Origin: an uncultured Vicinamibacterales bacterium
Lineage (GTDB): Bacteria; Acidobacteriota; Vicinamibacteria; Vicinamibacterales; JAKQTR01
NCBI GenBank assembly: GCA_964358795.1
Contig: CAYHRK010000004.1
Location: forward strand, 1-40,505
Direction of reading: 5' to 3'
DNA length: 40,505 bases
Positions 7,409 to 16,965 of the stretch are shown one piece after another (positions within the stretch are counted from its first letter, which is position 1; each line of letters begins with the position of its first letter). The position numbers and the translations under genes are program-made. The notes beneath the pieces are model-generated. The model saw only the letters and a program-made list of their open reading frames with translations. It was not told where the DNA came from and searched no databases.

Positions 7409-9946
7409 ATGAGAAAGATTCTCGCCGCAGTAGCGATTGTGTTCATGGCCGCATCGGTCTTCGCACAGGGCGCAGCGATCTCCGGTGTGGTGGCAGACGA
7501 ATCCGGTGGATCTCTTCCCGGGGCCACCGTCGTGCTGTCCGGCTCCGGTGGCTCCAGAACCGGGTACACGGGCTTAGACGGCAAGTTCAGCGTCGTCCCC
7601 GCAGGGGACGGCCCATACAAGGTGACGGTCTCGATACCCAGCTTCGGCACGCAGACCAAGGAGGGTGTGACCGCAGGGACCAACATCTCGTTCTCGCTGA
7701 AGATCGCGGGTCTCGCTGAAACGGTCGTGGTCTCCGCCTCCAAGGTTGAGTCGACGCTCATCAATGCGCCCGTCGCCATGTCGGTCTTCACGTCGGCGAC
7801 GCTGGCGAGCACCCCCAACCAGAACTTTGCCGACATTTTCCGCAACGTCCCCGGCATGAACGTGATCCAGACCTCGGCGCGCGATTTCAACCTGACGGCC
7901 CGACAGGGAACCTCGACGCTTGCGACCTCCCAGCTCGTCCTTCTCGACGGCCGATCGATCTACCTCGACTTCTTCGGCATGGTTCTCTGGGACCTCGTCC
8001 CCAGCAACCCGACTGACATCAAGCAGATCGAAGTAGTGCGCGGTCCGGCGTCCGCGGTCTGGGGCGCCAACGCGCTCACTGGCGTTGTGAACGTCATCAC
8101 CAAGACGCCCCGCGAGAATCCGACCACCACGGTGACGCTGTCGGCCGGAACTTTCGGAACCAAAGGCGGTTCGCGAGAGGGCAAATCGGGGCAGTCCTTT
8201 GGCGGCAGCATTTCGTTCGCGAGGGCCATCAATGACAGGTGGTCAACGCGCCTCACCGCGGGCTACCTGGAATCCGATCCGTTTTCACGCCCGACCGGTA
8301 GGATTCCGGTAATCCAGGACCCGCGCGTGACCACTCCCTGCAGCGGGGTCGTGGCGTCCGCCGGCTGTATCGGCGGCGCGTTCTATCCTGTCGACAGTTC
8401 GAAGGGCACCCCGGGAACGTCATTTGAGAACGAGGGAACCAGGCAACCCAAGCTCGAAGTCCGTTTCGATCAGGATATGTCCAACGGTGGCCGGGTGACG
8501 TACTCCGCGGGGTACTCTGGCACCCAGGGACTCATTCACACCGGCATCGGCCCGTTCAACATCCAGCCTGGGTCGCATCTCAGCTATGGCCGAGTAGGCT
8601 ACAGCAAGGGCGCCCTTAAGGTCGCCGCCTTCGCCAACCTGCTCGATGTCGAGGCGCCGAACCTCTTGCTGACGGACCCCGCGACCGGCAAGGGAGTGGC
8701 CCTCAACTTCAAGACCCAGACCTACGACTTCGAAGTCGGGCACGCCAAGGTTGTGGCGGACAGGCATGTCCTCTCCTATGGCGGCAATGCCCGCAGGAAT
8801 CAGTTCGACATCACCCTGACTCCTGGAGCCAAGGACCGCAACGAGTTCGGTGGCTACCTCCAGGACGAGTTTTCTCTCGACAAGTTCAGGTTCACCGTGG
8901 GTGGCCGCGTGGACAAGTTCGGCAACATCGCCAAGGCTGTGTTCTCGCCTCGCGTGACCGCCATGTTCAAGCCGACAAACGACCAGTCGTTCCGTGTGTC
9001 GTTCAACAAGGCTTTCCGCGCTCCTTCCGCGGTCAACAATTTCTTGAGCCAGAAAATCTTCGCGCCGATCGCCCCCATCGACCTTCGGGCGTTGGCCGGC
9101 GTGATTCCTTTCCTGGTGCCCGGGCCGACGGGTGCGGCCCTTGCGTCTATGGTTCCGACGACTCCGATCAACCTGATCGTGAATAACGTGGGGAATCCGA
9201 ACCTCAAGCAAGAGTCGCTGACGGCTTACGAAGTGGCCTATACGGGAACTCTCAACGGCAGGACCACTGTCGGCATCGCGGTGTATCGGAACACGACGGA
9301 CAACAACATCAACTTCGCTTCGATCACGCCGTCGGCGTCGTACCCGTCGGGGATCCCGCCGTTCGATGTCTACACCACCGGCAACTCGTCCACCTGCTGC
9401 GCTCCTACTGGGATTCCGGGACCGCTCTATTCCTTCCTTCTCCAGGCTCGGATCCTGACCTCGCCTCTTCCGAGGACGGTGTCGACCTATCTGAACCTGG
9501 GGCCGCTCCAACAGGATGGCGTGGAGCTCTCGCTCGATCATCGGTTCAATCGAGTGTGGTCGCTTTCGACGAACTACTCCTACCAGGCGACGCCAAAGGC
9601 GCTCAAGGAGAAGCAGGGGCAGATCAAGTACCTCACCGAGGAACTGGCGCTGCCTGCGAAGAACCGTTTCAACGCGAGCGTCAACTGGAACCACCAGCGC
9701 TTCGTGGGAACGGCTCAGGTCAACTATCAGGACAAGGCCCTCTGGACCGACGTCCTGACCTCGACCTATCACGGCTACACCGAGGCGTTTACACTGGTCA
9801 ACGCCAACTTCGGCGTGAAGTGGAACAAGGCCAAGGAGGTCACCAGTCTCAAGGTCACGAACCTGCTTGACAAGAAGATCCAGCAGCATGTGTTCGGCGA
9901 TATTCTTCGCCGCTCAGTGACGATCGAGACCCGCTTCACGTTCTGA
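7409..9946 (+). CDS. TonB-dependent outer-membrane receptor with N-terminal carboxypeptidase-regulatory-like domain
   Basis: Signal peptide MRKILAAVAIVFMAASVFAQG. CarboxypepD_reg-like ISGVVADESGGSLPGATVVLSG. Plug region (DIFRNVPGMNV, VLLDGRSIY, IEVVRGPASAVWGANALTGVVNVITK). Barrel ends in the terminal aromatic ..TIETRFTF. GAGGA lies 5 nt before the ATG. Confidence 0.9.
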   Translation: MRKILAAVAIVFMAASVFAQGAAISGVVADESGGSLPGATVVLSGSGGSRTGYTGLDGKFSVVPAGDGPYKVTVSIPSFGTQTKEGVTAGTNISFSLKIAGLAETVVVSASKVESTLINAPVAMSVFTSATLASTPNQNFADIFRNVPGMNVIQTSARDFNLTARQGTSTLATSQLVLLDGRSIYLDFFGMVLWDLVPSNPTDIKQIEVVRGPASAVWGANALTGVVNVITKTPRENPTTTVTLSAGTFGTKGGSREGKSGQSFGGSISFARAINDRWSTRLTAGYLESDPFSRPTGRIPVIQDPRVTTPCSGVVASAGCIGGAFYPVDSSKGTPGTSFENEGTRQPKLEVRFDQDMSNGGRVTYSAGYSGTQGLIHTGIGPFNIQPGSHLSYGRVGYSKGALKVAAFANLLDVEAPNLLLTDPATGKGVALNFKTQTYDFEVGHAKVVADRHVLSYGGNARRNQFDITLTPGAKDRNEFGGYLQDEFSLDKFRFTVGGRVDKFGNIAKAVFSPRVTAMFKPTNDQSFRVSFNKAFRAPSAVNNFLSQKIFAPIAPIDLRALAGVIPFLVPGPTGAALASMVPTTPINLIVNNVGNPNLKQESLTAYEVAYTGTLNGRTTVGIAVYRNTTDNNINFASITPSASYPSGIPPFDVYTTGNSSTCCAPTGIPGPLYSFLLQARILTSPLPRTVSTYLNLGPLQQDGVELSLDHRFNRVWSLSTNYSYQATPKALKEKQGQIKYLTEELALPAKNRFNASVNWNHQRFVGTAQVNYQDKALWTDVLTSTYHGYTEAFTLVNANFGVKWNKAKEVTSLKVTNLLDKKIQQHVFGDILRRSVTIETRFTF

Positions 9947-9973
9947 TCGAACGCCCGGCTTCGGTTCGTTCCA

Positions 9974-10004
9974 CGCCCCTGGCTTGGGCCAGGGGCGTTT
10001 TTTT
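9974..10004 (+). terminator. Rho-independent terminator
   Basis: Perfect 10-bp stem cgcccctggc / gccaggggcg with loop ttgg, followed by a run of 7 T. It starts 28 nt after the receptor stop codon. Confidence 0.85.
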
Positions 10005-10009
10005 ATCTG

Positions 10010-10189
10010 CTAGCCTTTCTTTTCGTCCATCATGCGTAGCGCAATGGCGAACAGCAGAAAACCGACGGCGCCGCGCCAGTACCCGACCGGTTCCAACAGC
10101 ATCTTCACCTGGCCGTTGAATGCCAGATAGGTGCCCGTCGCGAACGACAGGGCCGCCAGCAGGATAAGCGTCCAGCACACGTTCTTCAT
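10010..10189 (-). CDS. Small two-TM membrane protein (59 aa)
   Basis: MKNVCWTLILLAALSFATGTYLAFNGQVKMLLEPVGYWRGAVGFLLFAIALRMMDEKKG has two hydrophobic helices. GGGAGGA lies 5 nt upstream of the ATG at 10187-10189. The longer track ORF start at 10279 overlaps guaA and is unlikely. Confidence 0.55.
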   Translation of the reverse strand: MKNVCWTLILLAALSFATGTYLAFNGQVKMLLEPVGYWRGAVGFLLFAIALRMMDEKKG

Positions 10190-10265
10190 GGTGTCCTCCC
10201 AATCTTCAGCCACCAATCCCCGGCCGCAGTTCCTGCCCATGATAGTCTCATTTCCTTCCGGGTCC

Positions 10266-12086
10266 TTACTCCCACTCAATCGTCCCCGGCGGTTTCGTCG
10301 TGATGTCGAGCGCCAGGCCGCTCACCTCTGGCAGCCGCAGTATCTGCGTCCGCAGTTCGGCAACGAGGGCCGGCGTCAGCTCGGCCGGCGTGGCCGTCAT
10401 CGCCCGTTCGGAGTGGATGGGACGCACGATGACGAATTCCGACCCCGCTTTGTCCGCTTCCATCGGCACCAGCACGGTGGGGCACTGCCAGATCGAATCG
10501 TAGAGGCCGTGACGCCGAAGGCCTTCCATCACGATATGGTCTGCCTCGCGCAGCAGGTCGACGCGATGGCGGGTGACCGCGGCAGCCACGGGCCGCACCT
10601 GCGACACAGATGTGGAGCCAAGGTTCCAGATGCACCGGTTGATGCCGGGCACGTCTTTGTACAACGCCGCCGCCATCTCGGTCAGCCGTTCCCAGGACGC
10701 TTGGCCGCACACCAGCACCGGGTGCTCGTAGGAGCGGAGATCGGCTTTCACCCCTACCGACTTGATGGGTAGCGCCATGGCCGTCAGTCCGTATCGCCCG
10801 CTGACCTCGGCCAGCTTTGGCTCGATCGCATCGAAGCCGTCCCGGCTTTCTGCGCCCGTCGAGCACAGCAGGCGGACGCCGAGACCGGGCCCCGGGAATG
10901 GATGCCGCCAGACCAGATCGTGCGGGATGCCGAGCTTCTCGCCCAGTTCCCGCACCTCCACTTTGTAGAGATCCGCCAGCGGCTCGACCACGCGGCCCTG
11001 AGCGAGCATCCGTTCGATCACGGGCACGCGGTTGTGATGCGTCTTGATGGTGTCGGCGCGCTTCGTCCCGCCGGTCTCGATGGTGTCGGGATAGATCGTG
11101 CCCTGGCCGAGCAGATGCCCCTCGATGCCGAGCCGCCTCGCCTCCTCCTCGAATACCCGGATGAACGTGTCGCCGATGATCCGCCGCTTCTGTTCCGGTT
11201 CCACCGCACCCGACAGCGCATCAAGAAACGTCTGGCTGGCATCGACGAAATGAAGATTGCGGTCGAGGCCGAACGTGTGAAACGTGTCGAGGACGGCTCG
11301 GCTCTCGCCCTTGCGCATCAGGCCGTTGTCCACGTGCAGCAGGTGCAGACGTTCGGGCCCGATCGCCAGAGCGAGCAGCCTGGCCGCCACGGTCGAATCG
11401 ACGCCTCCCGATGCCAGCAGGAACACCGACTGTTCCCCAACCTGCTGGCGCACCTGTTCCACCCGCTCCTCCACATACCGCTCCATCGTCCATGACGGTG
11501 AACAGCCGCAGATGTCGAACACGAAGTTCGCGATCATCTCGCTGCCGTGCACGGTGTCGTCGACTTCGGGATGGAATTGGAAGCCGTAGCGCCGCAGCGT
11601 GTTCGAACCGATGGCTGCGTAGCGGTTTTGTTCGGCGCCGGAGCCGAGCGTGGTGAAGCCGACTTCCTCGAAGGCCGGTCCGACGCTGGTGACCGAGTCG
11701 AAGTGACTCATCCACACGCGCTCGGTTGGGCTCAGTCCCTTGAAAAGCGGGCTGTCCACCACCACCTGCAGGTCGGCCGGCCCCCATTCGCGCCCACCGT
11801 GTACGACTGTGCCACCGTAGTGCTTGGCGATCTCCTGGTGACCGAAACAGAAGCCCAGAATCGGGATGTCGAGATCGTAGATCGCCTTGTTGTACGCGGA
11901 GTCCTCACCAAAGGCCGAGAAGCTGGGACTGCCCGACAGGATGATGCCCCGGTAGCGGCGAAACGTGTCGGTGGCATCTTCCGGCTGGCGGATCTCAGCC
12001 AACACCCGCAAACGCCGAATCTTCGTGGCAATCAGGTGGGCATACTGCCCGCCGAAGTCGACGACGGCAATGGCATCGTGTGACAT
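10266..12086 (-). CDS. guaA: GMP synthase (glutamine-hydrolysing)
   Basis: GATase-1 motifs GFCFGHQ and FHPEV. PP-loop LASGGVDSTV. Canonical C-terminus TKPPGTIEWE. At 606 aa it is longer than the usual roughly 520-aa bacterial form. Confidence 0.92.
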   Translation of the reverse strand: MSHDAIAVVDFGGQYAHLIATKIRRLRVLAEIRQPEDATDTFRRYRGIILSGSPSFSAFGEDSAYNKAIYDLDIPILGFCFGHQEIAKHYGGTVVHGGREWGPADLQVVVDSPLFKGLSPTERVWMSHFDSVTSVGPAFEEVGFTTLGSGAEQNRYAAIGSNTLRRYGFQFHPEVDDTVHGSEMIANFVFDICGCSPSWTMERYVEERVEQVRQQVGEQSVFLLASGGVDSTVAARLLALAIGPERLHLLHVDNGLMRKGESRAVLDTFHTFGLDRNLHFVDASQTFLDALSGAVEPEQKRRIIGDTFIRVFEEEARRLGIEGHLLGQGTIYPDTIETGGTKRADTIKTHHNRVPVIERMLAQGRVVEPLADLYKVEVRELGEKLGIPHDLVWRHPFPGPGLGVRLLCSTGAESRDGFDAIEPKLAEVSGRYGLTAMALPIKSVGVKADLRSYEHPVLVCGQASWERLTEMAAALYKDVPGINRCIWNLGSTSVSQVRPVAAAVTRHRVDLLREADHIVMEGLRRHGLYDSIWQCPTVLVPMEADKAGSEFVIVRPIHSERAMTATPAELTPALVAELRTQILRLPEVSGLALDITTKPPGTIEWE

Positions 12087-12217
12087 ATCAGTCGGTCATG
12101 TTAGCCTGTGCAAAGACGCCCCGCGCCCTATTGCTTGCTGACGTTGATGTAGTAGAGGTCGGTCGCCACCTCGAAGTCCGGGTGTATGCGGCAGCATCTG
12201 GAGACTCCTGGGCTGGT

Positions 12218-13423
12218 TCATGCACTGCAAGCGCCGATGCCTAATCCCTGATCAAGATCGCCCATCAAGTCCTCGACGTCCTCCAGGCCGACCGACAGTC
12301 GAACCATCCCATCGGTGACGCCCTGTGCCAGCCTTGCTTCTCGCGACACGACGCTGTGCGTGGTTGAGGCAGGGTGCGTGACGAGCGTTCTTGTGTCGCC
12401 CAGGCTGACGGCGAGCGAGCACAAGCGCACCGCGTTCATCAGCTTCGCGCCGGCCTCGACCCCACCCTTCAGGTCGAAGCACACCATGCCACCGAAGCCG
12501 CCAGGCATCTGGCGTTTCGCCAGTTCGTGCTGCGGATGGGAGGGCAGCCCGGGATAGCTCACCCGGGACACGGCAGCGTGCTCTTCGAGCCACTGAGCCA
12601 ACCGCAGCGCATTGGCGTTGTGGCGCTCGACCCGAAGCGGCAACGTCTGCGTGCCGCGCAGCATCAGGTACGCCGTGAATGGCGCCATGATGCCGCCGTA
12701 GTACCGCACCGGTTCGGTCAGGCACCGCTGCACGAACGCCTTCGAGCCCACCACCAGCCCACCAACCGCGTCGCCGTGACCGCAGAAGTACTTCGTGGCG
12801 CTGTGAATGACGACGTCGATTCCGAGATCGAGCGGCCGCTGATTGATGGGCGAGGCAAAGGTGTTGTCGCACATCGAGGTGATGCCGGCGGCGCGAGCGA
12901 TGGCCCCAATCGCCTGCAGGTCGCACAGCGACAACAACGGATTACCCGGCGTTTCCAGGTAGATGATCCGCGTGTTAGGCCGAATCGCCGCCTGTACATT
13001 GGCGGGCACCGTCGCATCCACAAAGGTGGATTCCACACCCATCGATCCAAGCTGGGTCACCATCAAGTGGTAGGTGCTCGGGTAGAGGGCTCGGGCGGCA
13101 ATCATGTGGTCACCCGCCTTCACCACGGTAAGGATCGCCGAAGAGATCGCCGCCATGCCGCTGGCCGTGGCCACCGCAGCCTCGGCACGCTCGAGCGCCG
13201 CAACACGCCGCTCGAAGGTGGCCACCGTGGGATTCCCCCAGCGGCCGTACACATACGCGTCCTTCTCACCCGCGAAGATGGACGCGCTGTTTTCGGCCGT
13301 GCCCAGATGGTAGGCCGTGGCCAGGTGCAACGGAGGCACGAGCGCCCCAGTCGCAAGGTCCGGTGATTCACCCGCATGAATGGCTGTGGTGTGGATGCCG
13401 TAGTGACGATCTCGGTCCGACAT
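12218..13423 (-). CDS. Second Cys/Met-metabolism PLP-dependent enzyme (gamma-lyase / gamma-synthase family)
   Basis: 401 aa from the ATG at 13421-13423, with GAGGAG 6 nt upstream. The track ORF runs on to 13993, inside the acylase gene. PLP-lysine motif HSATKYFCGHGDAVGG. N-terminus TTAIHAGESPD..YGRWGNPTV. Paralogous to 4664-5860. Confidence 0.85.
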   Translation of the reverse strand: MSDRDRHYGIHTTAIHAGESPDLATGALVPPLHLATAYHLGTAENSASIFAGEKDAYVYGRWGNPTVATFERRVAALERAEAAVATASGMAAISSAILTVVKAGDHMIAARALYPSTYHLMVTQLGSMGVESTFVDATVPANVQAAIRPNTRIIYLETPGNPLLSLCDLQAIGAIARAAGITSMCDNTFASPINQRPLDLGIDVVIHSATKYFCGHGDAVGGLVVGSKAFVQRCLTEPVRYYGGIMAPFTAYLMLRGTQTLPLRVERHNANALRLAQWLEEHAAVSRVSYPGLPSHPQHELAKRQMPGGFGGMVCFDLKGGVEAGAKLMNAVRLCSLAVSLGDTRTLVTHPASTTHSVVSREARLAQGVTDGMVRLSVGLEDVEDLMGDLDQGLGIGACSA

Positions 13424-13445
13424 GAACGCTCCTCTGCGGGGCCGC

Positions 13446-15947
13446 CTATCTCGGTTCGAGCACCAGGCGTTCGCCCGTTGCGGCATCCACCGCGGCTCGG
13501 GTGAAGCGCATCGGGAGGTACTCCACCTTGTTCCACTTGTCGAGCAGGTCGGCGTAGTGCGGGCTCCACACGTGGCCAGACTGGCCCATCGGAATGATGA
13601 AACGCGAGGCGTCGAGCGACGCCAGGTCGATGATCTGCCGGTAGGACGATACGAATATCCGGTCCCGAATCGGCATGACGGGAGTAATCGTGAACGCGTC
13701 TCCGCCGCGCGGCACCGACCGGCTGAACGCCCACCGCAGCAGCGGCACCGCATCGAGCGGCTGGTGGGGAAACGTGGCGGCGTTGACGCGGTCCCACCGC
13801 CAGTTCGAGACACCGGACGAACCCTGCCGGCTCGCCATGCTGGCGATCGCCTGCTGCAGCGTTCGTCCCAACAGCGTCTCGCAGGTCTCCGGTTCCGGCG
13901 TCCGCACATCGTCGCACCACGCGGTGTCGCCGTTCTGCACGAGGTTGTCGATGGCCTTCGCCACCACGTTCCGGTGGATCCAAAACTCCGCAAAGAGATC
14001 GTCGCCTAGCTCATCCTCCAACAACCCACGGACGGTGGCTTCGTACCAGGCTTCGTAGAGGGCCGCCTCCGGGCTTTCGGCGTTCAACGTTCCGTCCCAT
14101 TTGCGAAGCCGGTCCATCGCTTCCCGGCTTGCTGTGTCGATCGGACGTGCCCTCAAGAGAAACGGCAGCACAGTCCTGGCCTGCATCGACCGCAGGTCGC
14201 GTTGCATACGGGCCATATCTTCAACCGCCAGTCGTCCGCCGTTCTCAATCAGCTCGACGATGCGTGCCGCGCGGTAGGGGGCTTCCCAGCTGGTGCCGAG
14301 CAGGAACGGATAGCCATCGGGTGCGGCTTTGTTGTTGGCGCTGGCCAGGTATCCGCGGCCAGGGTTGTAGGCTTTCGGCCATTCGCTCTCGTGCACGTAG
14401 CCGCGCCAGTCCGATTGGCTAGTCCAGCCGGGCATCGGTCGGGTCCCATCGCCAGTGGTGCGCACGGGAATCGCCCCGGGCGCGACGTAGCCGATGTTGC
14501 CGTCCACGTCCGCGTACACGAAATTCAGCAACGGCACCTGCATGAACGACAGCGCCCCGGTGAACTCAGCCCAATTGGAGGCCGTGTTCATCCGGACGAT
14601 CGCTTCTGTGGTCCGATCGCTCGGATCGAGTCCGGTCCAGCGAAGGGCAAGTGCCGCTTGCGGGGCATCGAGCACATCCGAGATGATCGGGCCGTGCCGG
14701 GTGATTCGGATCCGGAGCGGCACATCGGCCTGGCCACGCACCTTGATGATGTCGCGCAGCACCAGCATGGGCTCCCAGGCCCCGTCGTACTCAGCCTGGT
14801 CACGGGCGTTCACGCGTTCCACGTAGAGATCCTGCGTATCGCCCAGTAAGGCCGTAATCCCCCACGCAATGCGCTGGTTGTGACCAATCACGACGCCTGG
14901 TGCGCCAGGTGTCGTGGCTCCGATGGCATCGAGCTGCCCCCCCGTGATGTGGGCGAGATACCACACGGCCGGCGCCTGGCCCCCGAGATGCGGATCGTTG
15001 GCCAGCAGTGGCTTGCCGGTGATGGATCTGGTGCCGGCGATCACCCAGTTGTTGCTGCCGCCGCCAGGGGGTGGGGCCGGGGCCATGCTCGACGCAATTT
15101 CGGCAAGCGCCGTGAGATCCGCAAGCACGGGCGACGACGTGCCAGTGGCACCTCGAAACGGGGGTTTCGCTACGGGCGGTGTTGCCAGGCCAGGTTGGGT
15201 GACAGGAGGTGTATCTCGGGGCGTCGTGGCGCCGGGTGACGAATCGGGCGGCATGATGACCGGTCCGTTCGGCGTATAGGACGGCATCAACAGGTTGCTG
15301 GCTTCATCGCCCACGCGTGCAGCCATCCGGACGCGCAGCAGCTCCTCCAACCAGTTCATGCTCAGCTGCCAACCCATCGTTTTCTGCCACGCGAGCACGT
15401 CCTCGCCACGCCACTGCTCAGGGCCGATCCGGAAGATGGCGAATTCCACTGGCAGGCTGCCGCCTCGATGCGTCGAGAGAAACGCATTGATGCCCGCGAC
15501 GTAGGACTCGATCGCCGCACGCACCTCCGCACTGAGCCGCGGCCAGGCCTGCGCCGACGCGCGAGCGATGCCGATGGTGCGCAAGAGCCGGTCGGTTTTC
15601 AGCGCCGAAGGCCCGGCGATTTCCGACAGGCGACCCTGCGCGATCCGCCGCTGGAATTCCATCTGCCAGAGGCGTTCCTGCGCGTGCACGTAACCCAGGC
15701 CGAATAAGGCGTCGGATTCACTTCCGGCACGGATGTGCGGGATCTCATCCACATCGCGGACGATTTCCACGCGGCCGTGCAGCCCGTCCACACGTAGCGT
15801 GCCGGTCGTGTCGGGCAGCGGCGTCCGAAGCCGCCAGAACACGAATGCGACACCAAGGACCACGATCGCCAGCAGCGTGACGACGATGCGTCGGAGCCAG
15901 TGGGGCCGGGAGACGGGGTGCAATGGAGCAGTGGTGGCAGCAGCCAT
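13446..15947 (-). CDS. Penicillin acylase family (peptidase S45, Ntn hydrolase; AHL-acylase-like)
   Basis: 833 aa with an N-terminal membrane anchor (IVVTLLAIVVLGVAFVFW). The autoprocessing/nucleophile site GGGSNNWVIAG is followed by LLANDPHL. The stop lies 22 nt before the start of the downstream PLP enzyme. Confidence 0.9.
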   Translation of the reverse strand: MAAATTAPLHPVSRPHWLRRIVVTLLAIVVLGVAFVFWRLRTPLPDTTGTLRVDGLHGRVEIVRDVDEIPHIRAGSESDALFGLGYVHAQERLWQMEFQRRIAQGRLSEIAGPSALKTDRLLRTIGIARASAQAWPRLSAEVRAAIESYVAGINAFLSTHRGGSLPVEFAIFRIGPEQWRGEDVLAWQKTMGWQLSMNWLEELLRVRMAARVGDEASNLLMPSYTPNGPVIMPPDSSPGATTPRDTPPVTQPGLATPPVAKPPFRGATGTSSPVLADLTALAEIASSMAPAPPPGGGSNNWVIAGTRSITGKPLLANDPHLGGQAPAVWYLAHITGGQLDAIGATTPGAPGVVIGHNQRIAWGITALLGDTQDLYVERVNARDQAEYDGAWEPMLVLRDIIKVRGQADVPLRIRITRHGPIISDVLDAPQAALALRWTGLDPSDRTTEAIVRMNTASNWAEFTGALSFMQVPLLNFVYADVDGNIGYVAPGAIPVRTTGDGTRPMPGWTSQSDWRGYVHESEWPKAYNPGRGYLASANNKAAPDGYPFLLGTSWEAPYRAARIVELIENGGRLAVEDMARMQRDLRSMQARTVLPFLLRARPIDTASREAMDRLRKWDGTLNAESPEAALYEAWYEATVRGLLEDELGDDLFAEFWIHRNVVAKAIDNLVQNGDTAWCDDVRTPEPETCETLLGRTLQQAIASMASRQGSSGVSNWRWDRVNAATFPHQPLDAVPLLRWAFSRSVPRGGDAFTITPVMPIRDRIFVSSYRQIIDLASLDASRFIIPMGQSGHVWSPHYADLLDKWNKVEYLPMRFTRAAVDAATGERLVLEPR

Positions 15948-16032
15948 AGAGTGTCTGTCGGCTTATCTTACTTGAGCCAGGTGCGGAAACACTGTCAGCC
16001 CGCCGCCCCGGGACCGGTCCGGCAGATCTGGA

Positions 16033-16140
16033 CTACTGGCGATTCTGCCGCTTCCAATAGTAGTAGACCGGCACGCCCAGACCGAGCAGCGCCACTCCGG
16101 CCCAGGCTTGCGCGGGTTTTTGCACCAACGTGACCGTCAC
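16033..16140 (-). pseudogene. Possible C-terminal remnant of an amino-acid (APC-type) permease
   Basis: A 35-codon open stretch, VTVTLVQKPAQAWAGVALLGLGVPVYYYWKRQNRQ-stop, resembles the last TM helix and tail of APC permeases. An in-frame stop lies 9 codons upstream. No ATG and no RBS. Confidence 0.3.
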
Positions 16141-16275
16141 GAACAGGTCTGCTCCGGTCGCGTCATGCTATGGCGTCTCGGGGTTCCCGGCAAGACGAAC
16201 CGGGATACGGCACCTCTGGGCAGCCATATGAGCGGCGTCATAGGCCCTGCCGACGCCGTGGGGTAGGATGCGGGC

Positions 16276-16914
16276 ATGACCGTTCGGAACATCATCGAAA
16301 TAGACGAAGAACTCTGCGATGGCTGCGGTGAGTGCGTGCCATCGTGTGTCGAAGGGGCGCTCAGCATCATCAACGGCAAGGCCAAACTGGTCTCCGACGT
16401 GCTGTGCGACGGGATTGGCGCCTGCCTTGGCCAGTGCCCGACCGGCGCGTTGACCGTCATCCAGCGTGAGGCTCCCGATTTCGATGAGGTGGCTGCTGCG
16501 CCGATGGCAGCCCCAACGCCGTCCACTTCCGGATCGCGCCTCCGCCAATGGCCCGTACAGTTGCACCTGGTGCCCCCGACCGCGCCGTTCTTTCAAGGCA
16601 GGCACGTGCTGCTCGCGGCCGACTGTGTGCCGGTGGCGGTGGGGGACTTCCACTCGTCACTGCTCGACGGCCGGGGTTTGGCCATTGCGTGTCCGAAGCT
16701 GGATCAGCATCTCGACGTCTACGTGCAGAAGCTGGCCGCGATGATCGATCACGCCGGCATCCTGTCGCTGACCGTCGCCATCATGGAAGTGCCATGCTGC
16801 GGGGGACTGGTGCATCTGGCCCAGCAGGCACAGGCCGCGGCGGCGCGGAAAGTCCCGCTGCGTCTCGTCAAGATCGGCATTCGGGGCGACGTGCTGCTCG
16901 ACGTCCCGGCCTGA
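16276..16914 (+). CDS. 4Fe-4S dicluster-domain protein
   Basis: N-terminal CDGCGECVPSC and CDGIGACLGQCP cysteine clusters, plus a further Cys-rich C-terminal part (CPKLD, VPCCGGL). AGGA lies 8 nt before the ATG. Confidence 0.8.
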   Translation: MTVRNIIEIDEELCDGCGECVPSCVEGALSIINGKAKLVSDVLCDGIGACLGQCPTGALTVIQREAPDFDEVAAAPMAAPTPSTSGSRLRQWPVQLHLVPPTAPFFQGRHVLLAADCVPVAVGDFHSSLLDGRGLAIACPKLDQHLDVYVQKLAAMIDHAGILSLTVAIMEVPCCGGLVHLAQQAQAAAARKVPLRLVKIGIRGDVLLDVPA

Positions 16915-16965
16915 TTTCCGGCAGACGGTTGTGGGTGGACGCGGGTCTGGGCCAAAATTGGTGGC

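Noticed and set aside
12128-12217. An in-frame 30-codon extension after the TGA of the second PLP enzyme (..HPDFEVATDLYYINVSKQ).
   Set aside because: The enzyme already ends at the family-typical LEDVEDL..L C-terminus. The extension has no recognisable homology, and I see no SECIS-like structure. It is most likely chance or an unrelated relic.
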